From assembly GCA_963662625.1 (NCBI GenBank), contig OY759726.1:416001-480000 (forward strand): a stretch of DNA of 64,000 nucleotides, read 5' to 3'. Position 1 is the first letter of the stretch. Every line of letters begins with the position of its first letter. This document shows positions 19,073-27,556 of the stretch, in pieces. The notes beneath the pieces are model-generated. The model ran no database searches and was not told the origin of the DNA. It saw only the letters and a program-made list of their open reading frames with translations. The translations under genes were made by a program, and so were the position numbers. The DNA comes from Nitrosopumilus sp. (lineage in GTDB: Archaea > Thermoproteota > Nitrososphaeria > Nitrososphaerales > Nitrosopumilaceae).

Positions 19073-19579
19073 ATGCACGGCGCCAACTACAGGAAGGGGA
19101 CGGGGCAGCCTTTCTGCAGAAAGGAGTACATCAAGGGAAAGCCGCAGATCAAGATTGCAAAGTTCCAGGGCGGGAAGCGGGCAGAATACCAGTACTGCGT
19201 CCAGCTCCTCATAAACGAGAAGATCCAGATCAGGCACATGGCGATAGAGTCGTGCCGGCTGGCCGCCAACAAGACGCTGGAAAAGACCACGGGCGAGGCG
19301 GGCTATTATTCCAGGCTCCGGATCTACCCCCACAACCTGCTCAGGGAAAACAAGATGATCGCCACGGCGGGCGCCGACAGGCTCCAAGAGGGGATGCGAA
19401 GGGCCTGGGGAAAGGCCACCAGCCTCGGCGCGCGGGTGAAGCAGGGCCAGTGCATAATGGAACTGTACGTAAACGAGGCGCACGTGGAGGCCGCCAAGAA
19501 GGCCCTGAGGGGCGCGTGCGTCAAGCTGCCAGGGACGCCCACCATCAAGGTCGCCAAGTGGGGAAAGCCGTCACCATAA
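19073..19579 (+). CDS. rpl10e: 50S ribosomal protein L10e (uL16)
   Basis: RENKMIATAGADRLQEGMRRAWGK. Confidence 0.95.
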   Translation: MHGANYRKGTGQPFCRKEYIKGKPQIKIAKFQGGKRAEYQYCVQLLINEKIQIRHMAIESCRLAANKTLEKTTGEAGYYSRLRIYPHNLLRENKMIATAGADRLQEGMRRAWGKATSLGARVKQGQCIMELYVNEAHVEAAKKALRGACVKLPGTPTIKVAKWGKPSP

Positions 19580-19834
19580 GTCCGCGAACTTTTCGGCCTT
19601 CAGCAGGTCCAGGAACTCCCGGAATTCGGCCCCCGTGGGGTCCCGGCCCAGGATCCGCCTGGTCTGGTAGTAGAACGCGTTGTACATCCTCCCTACCGCC
19701 ACGCCCAGCACGAACTGCCTCGAGCCGTCGATCTCCGACATCGACCTGGCGAGCTCCCTGATCTCGTCCTTGTTTGAGACCGTCTCCCGGATTTTCTGCT
19801 CCAGCTTGTCCTGCAGGGCCCTGTCCACAGTCAT
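19571..19834 (-). CDS. Hypothetical protein
   Basis: GRMYNAFYYQTRRILGRDP; normal composition. Confidence 0.7.
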   Translation of the reverse strand: MTVDRALQDKLEQKIRETVSNKDEIRELARSMSEIDGSRQFVLGVAVGRMYNAFYYQTRRILGRDPTGAEFREFLDLLKAEKFADLW

Positions 19835-19891
19835 GCTTGGGCCGGATGGTTAAAAACAATTTAATAACGAAATTTTTGCCTTATGGTTATT

Positions 19892-19968
19892 GCAGTTATA
19901 GTACAGTTTGGTTAATATGCGAGCTTGCCAAGTTCGTGACCCGGGTTCAAATCCCGGTAACTGCACCA
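19892..19968 (+). tRNA. tRNA-Gly(GCC), encoded CCA
   Basis: GCAGTTA/TAACTGC acceptor, CGAGC-TTGCCAA-GTTCG anticodon arm, GGTTCAAATCC, ACCA end. Confidence 0.95.
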
Positions 19969-20399
19969 TCATTCTTGGCGGCGGAGCCCAGGCCCGTCTT
20001 GATGATCCGGAGCGCGTCCTCTGCCTTGTCGGGCCTCGGAAGCTGGATCAGGAAGACGTTGTCCTTGCCGTAGCTGGACTTGGGGGAGGACAGCGCGATC
20101 ATCGACGTCGCTGCGAGCGACTCGAAGAAGGCCAGGTTCCTGTTGGCGTTGATCAGGATCCTTTCGGCGATGCCCCCCGCGGAAAACCTCAGCGACACCT
20201 CTACGAACACGTGCCCCAGGCCGTCCTGCAGTATGTTGAGGTCGGTGTCGATCGCAAGCGGCTTCCCGGCCACCTTGGAGAGGATGTGGTCGTAGCGGCC
20301 CCCGTCAAACACGATGCACGGGACGTCCCTCCCGTCAAGGTCAAACGAGGTGATTCCGTCGTGGGACCTCCCGAGCAGGTCGTCCAGTTCGTCAGGCAT
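19947..20399 (-). CDS. Hypothetical protein
   Basis: 150-aa ORF coupled to the antiporter; 3' end overlaps tRNA-Gly. Confidence 0.7.
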   Translation of the reverse strand: MPDELDDLLGRSHDGITSFDLDGRDVPCIVFDGGRYDHILSKVAGKPLAIDTDLNILQDGLGHVFVEVSLRFSAGGIAERILINANRNLAFFESLAATSMIALSSPKSSYGKDNVFLIQLPRPDKAEDALRIIKTGLGSAAKNDGAVTGI

Positions 20400-21717
20400 C
20401 TTTCTCGTTCAGCCTTGAGACGATCCTGTCGCTTGCCTTCACCATGAATGGCGAGATGAACGCCGTGATTATGGATATGATTCCGATCAGCGGGAAGAGG
20501 AACGCGCTCACCGCGCCGGCGTCGATCCCGGTCTTCACTATCACGATCGAGAACTCCCCCCGGGGGGCGCCCAGCGTGAACGCCGAGCGCAGGGAGGTCC
20601 CCCGCTTCTGCCTGAACAGGAAGTTTCCCAGCATGTTGCCCCCGAACTTCATGCCGGTGGCCACCGCGATCAGCACCAGCGCCACCAGGATGTAGTTTTC
20701 CACGTGCGAGATGTCCATCAGGGCACCCACGGAGATGAAGAACACGGCCACGAACATGTCCTTTATCGGGCTGGCAAGCAGCTTCGACACCGCGGCAGAC
20801 TTGGATTCGGCGACGAGCACCCCCGCCAGGAACGCCCCGATTGCGACCGAGAGGCCCACGAGGTTTGCGAGCAGCGAGTACCCGAAGCACAGCCCCAGCA
20901 CGCTCAGGAGCAGGATCTCGCGGTGTTCTGCGGCCGCCACCCGGTCAATCAGGTGCGGGATCGTCCTGGTTCCGACGGTAAACGTGCCTATGATCAGCCC
21001 GGCGGCGACCAGGATCACCACGACGATGGACTCCACTGACACCGTGCCCACCAGGGCGATGGACTGCAGCGACGAGATCAGGATCACGGCCACTATGTCT
21101 TCTATGATCAGGATTCCCAGGATCAGGATGGACGACTTTCGCTGGATCGTGCCCATCTCCTCGAGGATCTTTACGATGATGGCGGTACTGGAGATGGAAA
21201 GCGCGGCGGCTATGAACAGCGAGTCCATGAAGTTCAGCCCCAGCGCGGTAGCCGTGTAGAACACGACTCCCAGCGCGGAGAACAGGCCGATCGTGCCCAC
21301 CCCGATTGCCACCCTGCCGATGCTCTTGATCTTCGGGTAGGGGAACTCGATCCCTATAACGAACAGGAGCAGTATCACGCCGATTTCGGAGAACAGGTTC
21401 AGGGCGGTGATGTCAGACAGGATCCCGGCTCCCTCGTGCGCGGCGTCCCCGGATCCGCCCTCCGGAAGCACCCACGACCACAGCGGGGACAGCGGCCCGA
21501 TCAGCATCCCGGCAAAGAGGTACCCTATGATCAGCGGCTGCCTGATCTTGAAGAAGGCCAGTGTGATGGCCGCTCCGATGATCATGATCAGGGCCAGGTC
21601 GGTGACAAAACTGGTGTGCGGCAGTTCCGGGATCACGTGCGCAAGCAGGTTGTCCAATGCGTCGGCGAGGTAGTTTTGAATCGATGACTGGTCTGCCTGC
21701 AGCTGAAAATTTTGCAT
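20392..21717 (-). CDS. Cation:proton antiporter (CPA2/Kef family)
   Basis: QPLIIGYLFAG, GVILLLFVIGIEF, SISSTAI, IEDI, GAFLAG, RGEFS. Confidence 0.9.
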   Translation of the reverse strand: MQNFQLQADQSSIQNYLADALDNLLAHVIPELPHTSFVTDLALIMIIGAAITLAFFKIRQPLIIGYLFAGMLIGPLSPLWSWVLPEGGSGDAAHEGAGILSDITALNLFSEIGVILLLFVIGIEFPYPKIKSIGRVAIGVGTIGLFSALGVVFYTATALGLNFMDSLFIAAALSISSTAIIVKILEEMGTIQRKSSILILGILIIEDIVAVILISSLQSIALVGTVSVESIVVVILVAAGLIIGTFTVGTRTIPHLIDRVAAAEHREILLLSVLGLCFGYSLLANLVGLSVAIGAFLAGVLVAESKSAAVSKLLASPIKDMFVAVFFISVGALMDISHVENYILVALVLIAVATGMKFGGNMLGNFLFRQKRGTSLRSAFTLGAPRGEFSIVIVKTGIDAGAVSAFLFPLIGIISIITAFISPFMVKASDRIVSRLNEKDA

Positions 21718-22196
21718 GATATCCTTGAGCAAGATCGTTTAAAAACAATTGCGCATGGCGTGCCGCCAGAATCCCGGTCCGGGCGCCCTGCCGGGCGGGT
21801 CGTGGCGGCAGTTCTCCCGGGCCCGGGGGCGGCCCTGACGCGCGCTGGGCGGCGCCGGGCGGTGGCTGCGGCGGCGCGGCGCATCCCATGCCGTCCGGCA
21901 GGATCGGCGGCCCGATCCAGCCAGAATCGCGCCCGCGGCCGGCCGGCAGCGCATCCCATGCGGCGGGGCGGGACCGGCGGCCGGGCCGCCCGTGATCCCA
22001 GGATCCCGGGATGCCGCCCTCCTTCGTCTGGGGGAACGGCGCGTGTGGCGCGCCACCGCGCGCGGCACAACGCGGGCCTTCCGGGAGGACGGCGGCGCCG
22101 GGGTCCCCCGCGCCGCGTGCGCGGGCCCGACTCGGGCGCGGCGCCCGGGAGGTTTTTATCCGGTCGGGCGCCCTTATGGCTGGAGGGGCCTCCAAG

Positions 22197-22260
22197 TGCA
22201 GGGTGATGAGTAGGTCGGCTGAAGATTGTGTGGAGAGATGACCTGGGGTATCTGACTGCA
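22197..22260 (+). ncRNA. C/D-box guide sRNA
   Basis: Box C GTGATGA (22203), D' CTGA (22219), C'-like AGATGA (22236), D CTGA (22252), terminal stem TGCAG/CTGCA. Confidence 0.7.
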
Positions 22261-22263
22261 TTT

Positions 22264-22313
22264 GGTAATGTAGTCATTACCCGGGCGTTAATAGTACGGT
22301 ACCATACCGTACT
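22264..22313 (+). promoter_or_regulatory. TATA-like box flanked by two perfect inverted repeats
   Basis: GGTAATG-tagt-CATTACC (22264-22281), TTAATA (22288), AGTACGGTA-cca-TACCGTACT (22293-22313), then ATG. Confidence 0.55.
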
Positions 22314-22315
22314 TT

Positions 22316-22423
22316 ATGATTCAGTGCGAATACTGCCCAAGGGGGTTTGCCGAGACGGCAAACGGCCTGGTGGAGAAGACCTTCCACGAGCTGCTCCACG
22401 AACCAAAAGTCGTGAACAAGTAA
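22316..22423 (+). CDS. 35-aa C2H2 zinc-finger microprotein
   Basis: MIQCEYCPRGFAETANGLVEKTFHELLHEPKVVNK, CxxC...F...HxxxH; followed by T-rich tract. Confidence 0.75.
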   Translation: MIQCEYCPRGFAETANGLVEKTFHELLHEPKVVNK

Positions 22424-22476
22424 CTTTATTTTTTATTTTACCCAACTTTTTTATCACTAGTTTTAATTTGGAAGGC

Positions 22477-24108
22477 ATGGTCGCAAAGCCTGCAAAGAAA
22501 AAGCCCGCGGGGCGCGTGCCTGCTGGGAAGGCCACGGGGCGCGTGCCTGCAAGGAAGGCCACGGGGCGCGTGCCTGCAAGGAAGGCCACGGGGCGCGTGC
22601 CTGCTGGGAAGGCCACGGGGCGCGTGCCTGCTGGGAAGGCCACGGGGCGCGTGCCGACGCCCGCGGCCGTGCTAAAGAAGGTGGCCGCGGTGTCGGACTC
22701 TACCAAGGCGCTGCAGAAAGAGATCAGGGGGATGTCAAAGATCTTCGCGGAAAACCAGAAGGTCTTGGTTTCGATGAAGGGCATGATCGACACGCTGGCC
22801 TCGACGCTGGAGGCCATCCAGAAGCAGTCGAGGCAGATCAGCATCCTGGAGGAGGACGCGCAGAAGCTCCACGCCGGGCTCAGCCAGGTCAGGTCCCAGT
22901 CCGGCATGATTACGAAGATAGGCGACCAGGCCTCGAAGCTCGAGGAGGAGGTGGCCAGGATCAGCAGGCTGCAGAAATCGGCGCCGGACGCCGAGCAGCT
23001 GCACAGGCAGATCGAGGACGGCGTGAACGCGAACAAGAACAACTCCCACATGATCATAAAGATAGCCCAGAGGATTGACGAGGTGAGGGACGACCTGAGG
23101 AAGGTCTCCGGGAAGACCGACTCCTTCCTGGAGGCCGGGAAGGAGATAGACCGGTTGAAGAACAACGTAGACCAGATCGCCGGGAAGACGAACCGGATCA
23201 AGGCCAACTCCCAGATCATCGAGAAGCTAAAGCAGGACCTGGGGGGCATGAGCAGGAGGATGGCGTCGGTCTCAAGCGTGAACTCCGAGCTTGACGCCAT
23301 AAAGTCGGCCATAGACTCCATAGCGGACAAGTCCTCGAAGATCGACTCGCTCGGGGGGGTCATGGACGGCCTGAAGCGGCAGTTCGAGGCCATATCGTCC
23401 AGGGCCGACGCCGCGAGCGCCAACGTGGAGTACCTCAAGGGCATGACCGGCAAGATCGACAGGATCGAGTCCGAGATCGGCGCGCTGGCGCAGAGGGCAG
23501 ACGCGACGGCGTTCGTGGGCGAGGGGCTGAAATCCGTCCAGGACGACCTCCTGGACTTCAAGCGGGACGTCTCCGACAAGACCGGCAACATCGAGCAGAA
23601 GATCTCCTCGGTGTCGGACATCCTCAAGAGGCAGGGCGAGTCCGTGATCGAGTTCCACAAAAAGTCTGACAGGGTGTTCTCGGAGCTCCGTTCCGTGAAG
23701 GGCGCGGCGGGCAAGGCGTCAGGCGACTCGTCAAAGGAGATGATGGCGCTGCTGAGGCTCTCCGAGTACCAGTCGACGGTCAGGATGCTCGCAGAGTCAA
23801 AGTACGGCGGGCCGAAGGACCTGGAGGCCATGGCGTCCCAGACCGCCGACATCGCGAACCTGTTTGACGGGGTCTCGGCAAGCACCGGCAGGGAGGTCCC
23901 GCTGCCGCGGGAGGTCATGCGGTGGGCGGTGGGCAAGATCCTCGACTGCGCGGACAGGTGGGAGATCAGGTTCGCCGACGCGTACTCCGTCCTGACCAAC
24001 GCCATAGGCAGGGACATGCTGAAGGAGTCGATCAGGATCCAGCAGGTCCGCGACATTTACGGGATCAGGGCGGTCGACGAGATCAGGGGCGACCTGAAGG
24101 CGTCCTAG
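22477..24108 (+). CDS. Long coiled-coil protein with basic repetitive N-terminus
   Basis: Heptad-rich body; KATGRVPA(G/R) repeats; no Walker A and no TM seen. Confidence 0.8.
   Translation: MVAKPAKKKPAGRVPAGKATGRVPARKATGRVPARKATGRVPAGKATGRVPAGKATGRVPTPAAVLKKVAAVSDSTKALQKEIRGMSKIFAENQKVLVSMKGMIDTLASTLEAIQKQSRQISILEEDAQKLHAGLSQVRSQSGMITKIGDQASKLEEEVARISRLQKSAPDAEQLHRQIEDGVNANKNNSHMIIKIAQRIDEVRDDLRKVSGKTDSFLEAGKEIDRLKNNVDQIAGKTNRIKANSQIIEKLKQDLGGMSRRMASVSSVNSELDAIKSAIDSIADKSSKIDSLGGVMDGLKRQFEAISSRADAASANVEYLKGMTGKIDRIESEIGALAQRADATAFVGEGLKSVQDDLLDFKRDVSDKTGNIEQKISSVSDILKRQGESVIEFHKKSDRVFSELRSVKGAAGKASGDSSKEMMALLRLSEYQSTVRMLAESKYGGPKDLEAMASQTADIANLFDGVSASTGREVPLPREVMRWAVGKILDCADRWEIRFADAYSVLTNAIGRDMLKESIRIQQVRDIYGIRAVDEIRGDLKAS
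22501..22655 (+). repeat. In-frame 27-bp tandem repeat, ~5.7 copies
   Basis: aaggccacggggcgcgtgcctgc(tg/aa)gg units. Confidence 0.95.
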
Positions 24109-26147
24109 ACCCCGGCCGCGTCGTCAAGCAGCCGGAGGTGCTCCTTCTTTCTCCTCAGCGCGGCGAATATCCCGATTATGGCGGCGACCCACATCGAGGC
24201 AAACACGATGTTCCAGTAGCTGACGAACATGTAGGGGGTGGCGTCCATGACGTTCTCCTTGAGGATCTGGGCCCTGCTGTTGATGTCCAGCATCCCGGTA
24301 TGGTACGTGGAGCTGTCCTTCGGCACCGCGGAGATCTGCTCCACGCTGCTGATCATGGTGTCGACGTCGCCCTGGATGCGCAGGAAGTTGGTGGAGTCGG
24401 TCGGGAATATCCAGACGGGGTTCTTCGTGGCGTCGAGCTTTTCCATGACCGTCGCCAGGTGGACCTGTATCTCGGCCAGGTGCGCCCGGATGACCTCCGG
24501 GTCAGACGAGCTCGTGATCCCGTCGAGGTGGCCGCGCGTCTTGTCCAGCGGGTATATGGACTCGCCGTACCCCACGAACGCCATCACGCAGCCGAACACG
24601 ATCAGTGCGAGGATTCCCCCCACGGAGACCTTGTAAACGTTGTTCGCCATCTTTTCCCTCTTCGAGGTGACTCTGGGCCGGCTTGATTTATTTCTTTTAA
24701 ATCTGGTGTGGGAGAGGCTCATGTAGGCTATGTAGAAGAAGCCGAGGGCCTGCAGGCCGATTATGGGGGCAAATATCGGGTTGTTGGAGAATATCGAGAC
24801 CGAGATCCCCAGGATCCCGTACACGCCGAAGAAGAGCTCGAGCAGCGTGGTCTGGGTAAACGGCAGGTTGTAGGCCTTGTCCCGCCAGTCGTCGCGCTTC
24901 GTGATTATGCCGTACTTGGGCGTCCTGAGGAACTCGTTCTTCTTCCCGAACAGCGCGTCGAAGACCGCCACGGTGTTGTTAACCGACATCCCCGCGTTGT
25001 ACACCAGCAGCGCGGGCAGTATCTTGGCCTTGGACTTCCACGACTGGTGGTACATGCTCTGGATTATCATGATGTACGCGCCCGGGCCCATCGCGAGGTA
25101 CGCGGCGATGGTCAGGGCAGGGATGAAGCTCACCACGTACAGGTTCACCTGGCCCGCCAGGAGCAGCGGCAGCGTCAGGAACTGCACCAGCATCAGCGGG
25201 TAGACTATGTGGCGCGTGAGCTGGACGAACGCCTGGATCTTCGTCTCCAGCGAGACCTTGCGCTTGGCGAGGATGCCCGGGAGCAGCTTCACCGCGCACT
25301 GGATGGAGCCCTTGGCCCAGCGGAACTGCTGCCTCTTGGCAGCGTTCATCTGCACCGGCAGTTCCGCGTCGACCACGATGTCCGGCAGGAAGACGCACTT
25401 CCATTCCTTCATCTGGGCCCGGTAGCTGAGATCCAGGTCCTCCACGAGGGTCGCGGTGTGCCAGCCGCCGGCGTCCTCGATGCAGCTCCGCCGCCATATC
25501 CCGGCGGTCCCGTTGAAGTTCATGAAGAGGTGGGAGTTGCTCTTGGCCTTCTGCTCTATGAGGAAGTGGAAGTCGAGGCTCAGCGCCTGGACCTTGGTGA
25601 TCGCCGAGTAGTTCTCGTTGACGTGCCCCCAGCGGCACTGGACCAGGCCGATGCCCGAGTTCGCAAAATGCGGGATCGCCCGCTTCAGGAACCAGTCGGG
25701 CGGGATAAAGTCCGCGTCAAATATCGCCACGTACTCGGTGTCCGTGGTCTGCATCGCGTGCTTCAGCGCGCCGGCCTTGTAGCCGGTCCTGGTGCCGCGC
25801 CTCACGTGCTCTATGTCGAACCCCTGCCTCTTGTACGACTCGACCACCCTGCCCAGCAGATCCACCGTGTCGTCGTCCGAGTCGTCCAGCACCATTATGC
25901 GCATCTTGTCCCGCGGGTAGTCCATGTCGCATACCGAGTCCACCAGCCGCTTTGCGACGTACTTCTCGTTGTAGATCGGGAGGTGGATGGTGATCGACGG
26001 GGTGCTCATGTCGGCGGTCTGCAGGGGCGTCCTCCTCTGCCGCGACAGGTACGCCAGGTAGTAAAAGTTGCAGGTGTACAGCGTGATGACGACGGCCGAC
26101 AGCAAAAACAGGTCGAAGACTAGTTGGGTGAACGGGTTTACTGGCAT
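24105..26147 (-). CDS. Processive GT2 glycosyltransferase (cellulose-synthase-like)
   Basis: LPIYNE, DDS, YKAGAL, FDADF, VEDLD, QQFRW (D,D,D,QxxRW) plus TM segments. Confidence 0.9.
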   Translation of the reverse strand: MPVNPFTQLVFDLFLLSAVVITLYTCNFYYLAYLSRQRRTPLQTADMSTPSITIHLPIYNEKYVAKRLVDSVCDMDYPRDKMRIMVLDDSDDDTVDLLGRVVESYKRQGFDIEHVRRGTRTGYKAGALKHAMQTTDTEYVAIFDADFIPPDWFLKRAIPHFANSGIGLVQCRWGHVNENYSAITKVQALSLDFHFLIEQKAKSNSHLFMNFNGTAGIWRRSCIEDAGGWHTATLVEDLDLSYRAQMKEWKCVFLPDIVVDAELPVQMNAAKRQQFRWAKGSIQCAVKLLPGILAKRKVSLETKIQAFVQLTRHIVYPLMLVQFLTLPLLLAGQVNLYVVSFIPALTIAAYLAMGPGAYIMIIQSMYHQSWKSKAKILPALLVYNAGMSVNNTVAVFDALFGKKNEFLRTPKYGIITKRDDWRDKAYNLPFTQTTLLELFFGVYGILGISVSIFSNNPIFAPIIGLQALGFFYIAYMSLSHTRFKRNKSSRPRVTSKREKMANNVYKVSVGGILALIVFGCVMAFVGYGESIYPLDKTRGHLDGITSSSDPEVIRAHLAEIQVHLATVMEKLDATKNPVWIFPTDSTNFLRIQGDVDTMISSVEQISAVPKDSSTYHTGMLDINSRAQILKENVMDATPYMFVSYWNIVFASMWVAAIIGIFAALRRKKEHLRLLDDAAGV

Positions 26148-26201
26148 GTCCCTAGTATCCCAAGGCCGCCCCTCGATATTTATACTTGCAAGAACGCCGG
26201 G

Positions 26202-27149
26202 CTACTTTTGCTCGAATATCTTGATCGCCTGGGGCGGGCAGACGCCCTCGCATGCCAGGCAGAAGATGCAGTCCGGCTCCTTGGACATCAGCGGCTTCTT
26301 CTCGGAGCCGGGGTTTCCCGGGGTGTCGAACCACTCGTATACCCCCACCGGGCACGCCTCTATGCACGCGCCGTCGGCGACGCATATGTCATAGTCCACC
26401 GAGACGAACTCGCCCCACACCCCCATGATGGCGTTGCTCGTGCCCCTCCGGCCCCACGTCTTGATGGTGTGCTCCGGCGCCGAGTAGGGCGTGGACGGCT
26501 TCATCTTCGCCTTGTACTCTATGTCGATGGGCCCGGGCTTGGCTCCCTCCGGCATCTCGACCTCGCCCTCGTCCTCCTCGTCGGCGTCCTCGGCCGCCTC
26601 GATGGGCTTTGGCTTTGCGTTGAGCACTATCTTGGCGAGCGGGGTCAGCTCCTCGAGCCTCTTGATCGCCCCCGCCTCGGATATCTTCTCGGCCTTTGCG
26701 AGGTACTTTACCATCTTGTCGGACAGGATCGTGTTGCGCAGGATCGTGTCGATCACCATCTTTGCAAAGTGGTCGGCCTTCTTCCGGTAGTCCTTGACCC
26801 AGTTCGGGTCGCCGAACTTCTCGATCGGGAATATCTGGTAGATGATGTCGACCACCTCGCCGCTTACGATCTCTACGGTGACGGACAGCTCGACCTCCTC
26901 GTACCCCCTTGCCGCGGGATCCCTCATGTTCTGCTCCTTCCAGCGGTACGTCGCGAAGATCCTGTCCGCATATGCGTCCATCTCAAAGGCCCCCTTCAGG
27001 CCGTCGTGGACCGACTTTATCTCCGCCGGATCCTCAAGCGTTATCGGCAGCCTGTAAAGCCCGAGCTTGAATCCGTGCAGTGGGTACACGCCGCGCTTGG
27101 CGGTAGGGGCCTCCATGGACCACACGCGGTCTTTTAAAAGCAGCGACAT
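26202..27149 (-). CDS. Protein with C-terminal dicluster (7Fe-type) ferredoxin domain
   Basis: CVADGACIEACP and CIFCLACEGVCP. Confidence 0.85.
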   Translation of the reverse strand: MSLLLKDRVWSMEAPTAKRGVYPLHGFKLGLYRLPITLEDPAEIKSVHDGLKGAFEMDAYADRIFATYRWKEQNMRDPAARGYEEVELSVTVEIVSGEVVDIIYQIFPIEKFGDPNWVKDYRKKADHFAKMVIDTILRNTILSDKMVKYLAKAEKISEAGAIKRLEELTPLAKIVLNAKPKPIEAAEDADEEDEGEVEMPEGAKPGPIDIEYKAKMKPSTPYSAPEHTIKTWGRRGTSNAIMGVWGEFVSVDYDICVADGACIEACPVGVYEWFDTPGNPGSEKKPLMSKEPDCIFCLACEGVCPPQAIKIFEQK

Positions 27150-27252
27150 CAGTTTTTGTAGGGCGCGGTTCGCTTAAAAATGTTGTCCAGCACCGGCGGA
27201 TCGGCGCGCCGCCGGGGGCATTCCCACGGATCCGCCGCCCTTGGAAACCGCG

Positions 27253-27555
27253 CTAGTCCGGGCACGTTAGCCCGCGCAGCCTGGCGTACTTTTCCTCCAG
27301 TTCCCCGGCGCGCTCCATGACCTCGTCGAGGCCAAAGCCGGACTTGGGGAAAAACCACCTGACTGCCACGGGGTGGCCCGTCCCGTCCATCCCGTGGATC
27401 ACCCCCATGTCGGCCCTGACCCCCGGCCCCCCGTCCGGGCGCGTCTCCCGCACCTCCAGTCCGCGCTTGGTCATGTCTTCCAGGACGAGATCGTCGCCGC
27501 CGTCGACGACGCGGTAAAACGAGCCTTCCTTCAGCACTGGGGGATCCGGGGGCAA
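27253..27555 (-). CDS. Hypothetical protein
   Basis: 100-aa ORF directly downstream of rhodanese. Confidence 0.6.
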   Translation of the reverse strand: MPPDPPVLKEGSFYRVVDGGDDLVLEDMTKRGLEVRETRPDGGPGVRADMGVIHGMDGTGHPVAVRWFFPKSGFGLDEVMERAGELEEKYARLRGLTCPD

Positions 27556-27556
27556 C

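Noticed and set aside
21740-22150. GC-rich intergenic block with short repeats (GCGCATCCCATGC twice, GCCAGAATC twice) as a MITE or gene
   Set aside because: No terminal inverted repeats or regular period seen; ORFs are low-complexity G/R/P/A; likely decayed DNA.
22200-22430. Lower-GC structured stretch considered as RNase P or SRP RNA
   Set aside because: Lacks GAGGAAAGTCC and SRP helix-8 signatures; explained by the C/D sRNA, operators and C2H2 ORF.
22501-22655. 27-bp repeats as a CRISPR array
   Set aside because: Head-to-tail with no spacers, and in frame within a CDS.
22314-24056. 580-aa antisense ORF (likewise 24708..26123, 37811..39436, 52265..53668, 58753..60168, 60284..61828)
   Set aside because: Shadow or alternative frames of well-supported genes, expected at high GC; no motifs.
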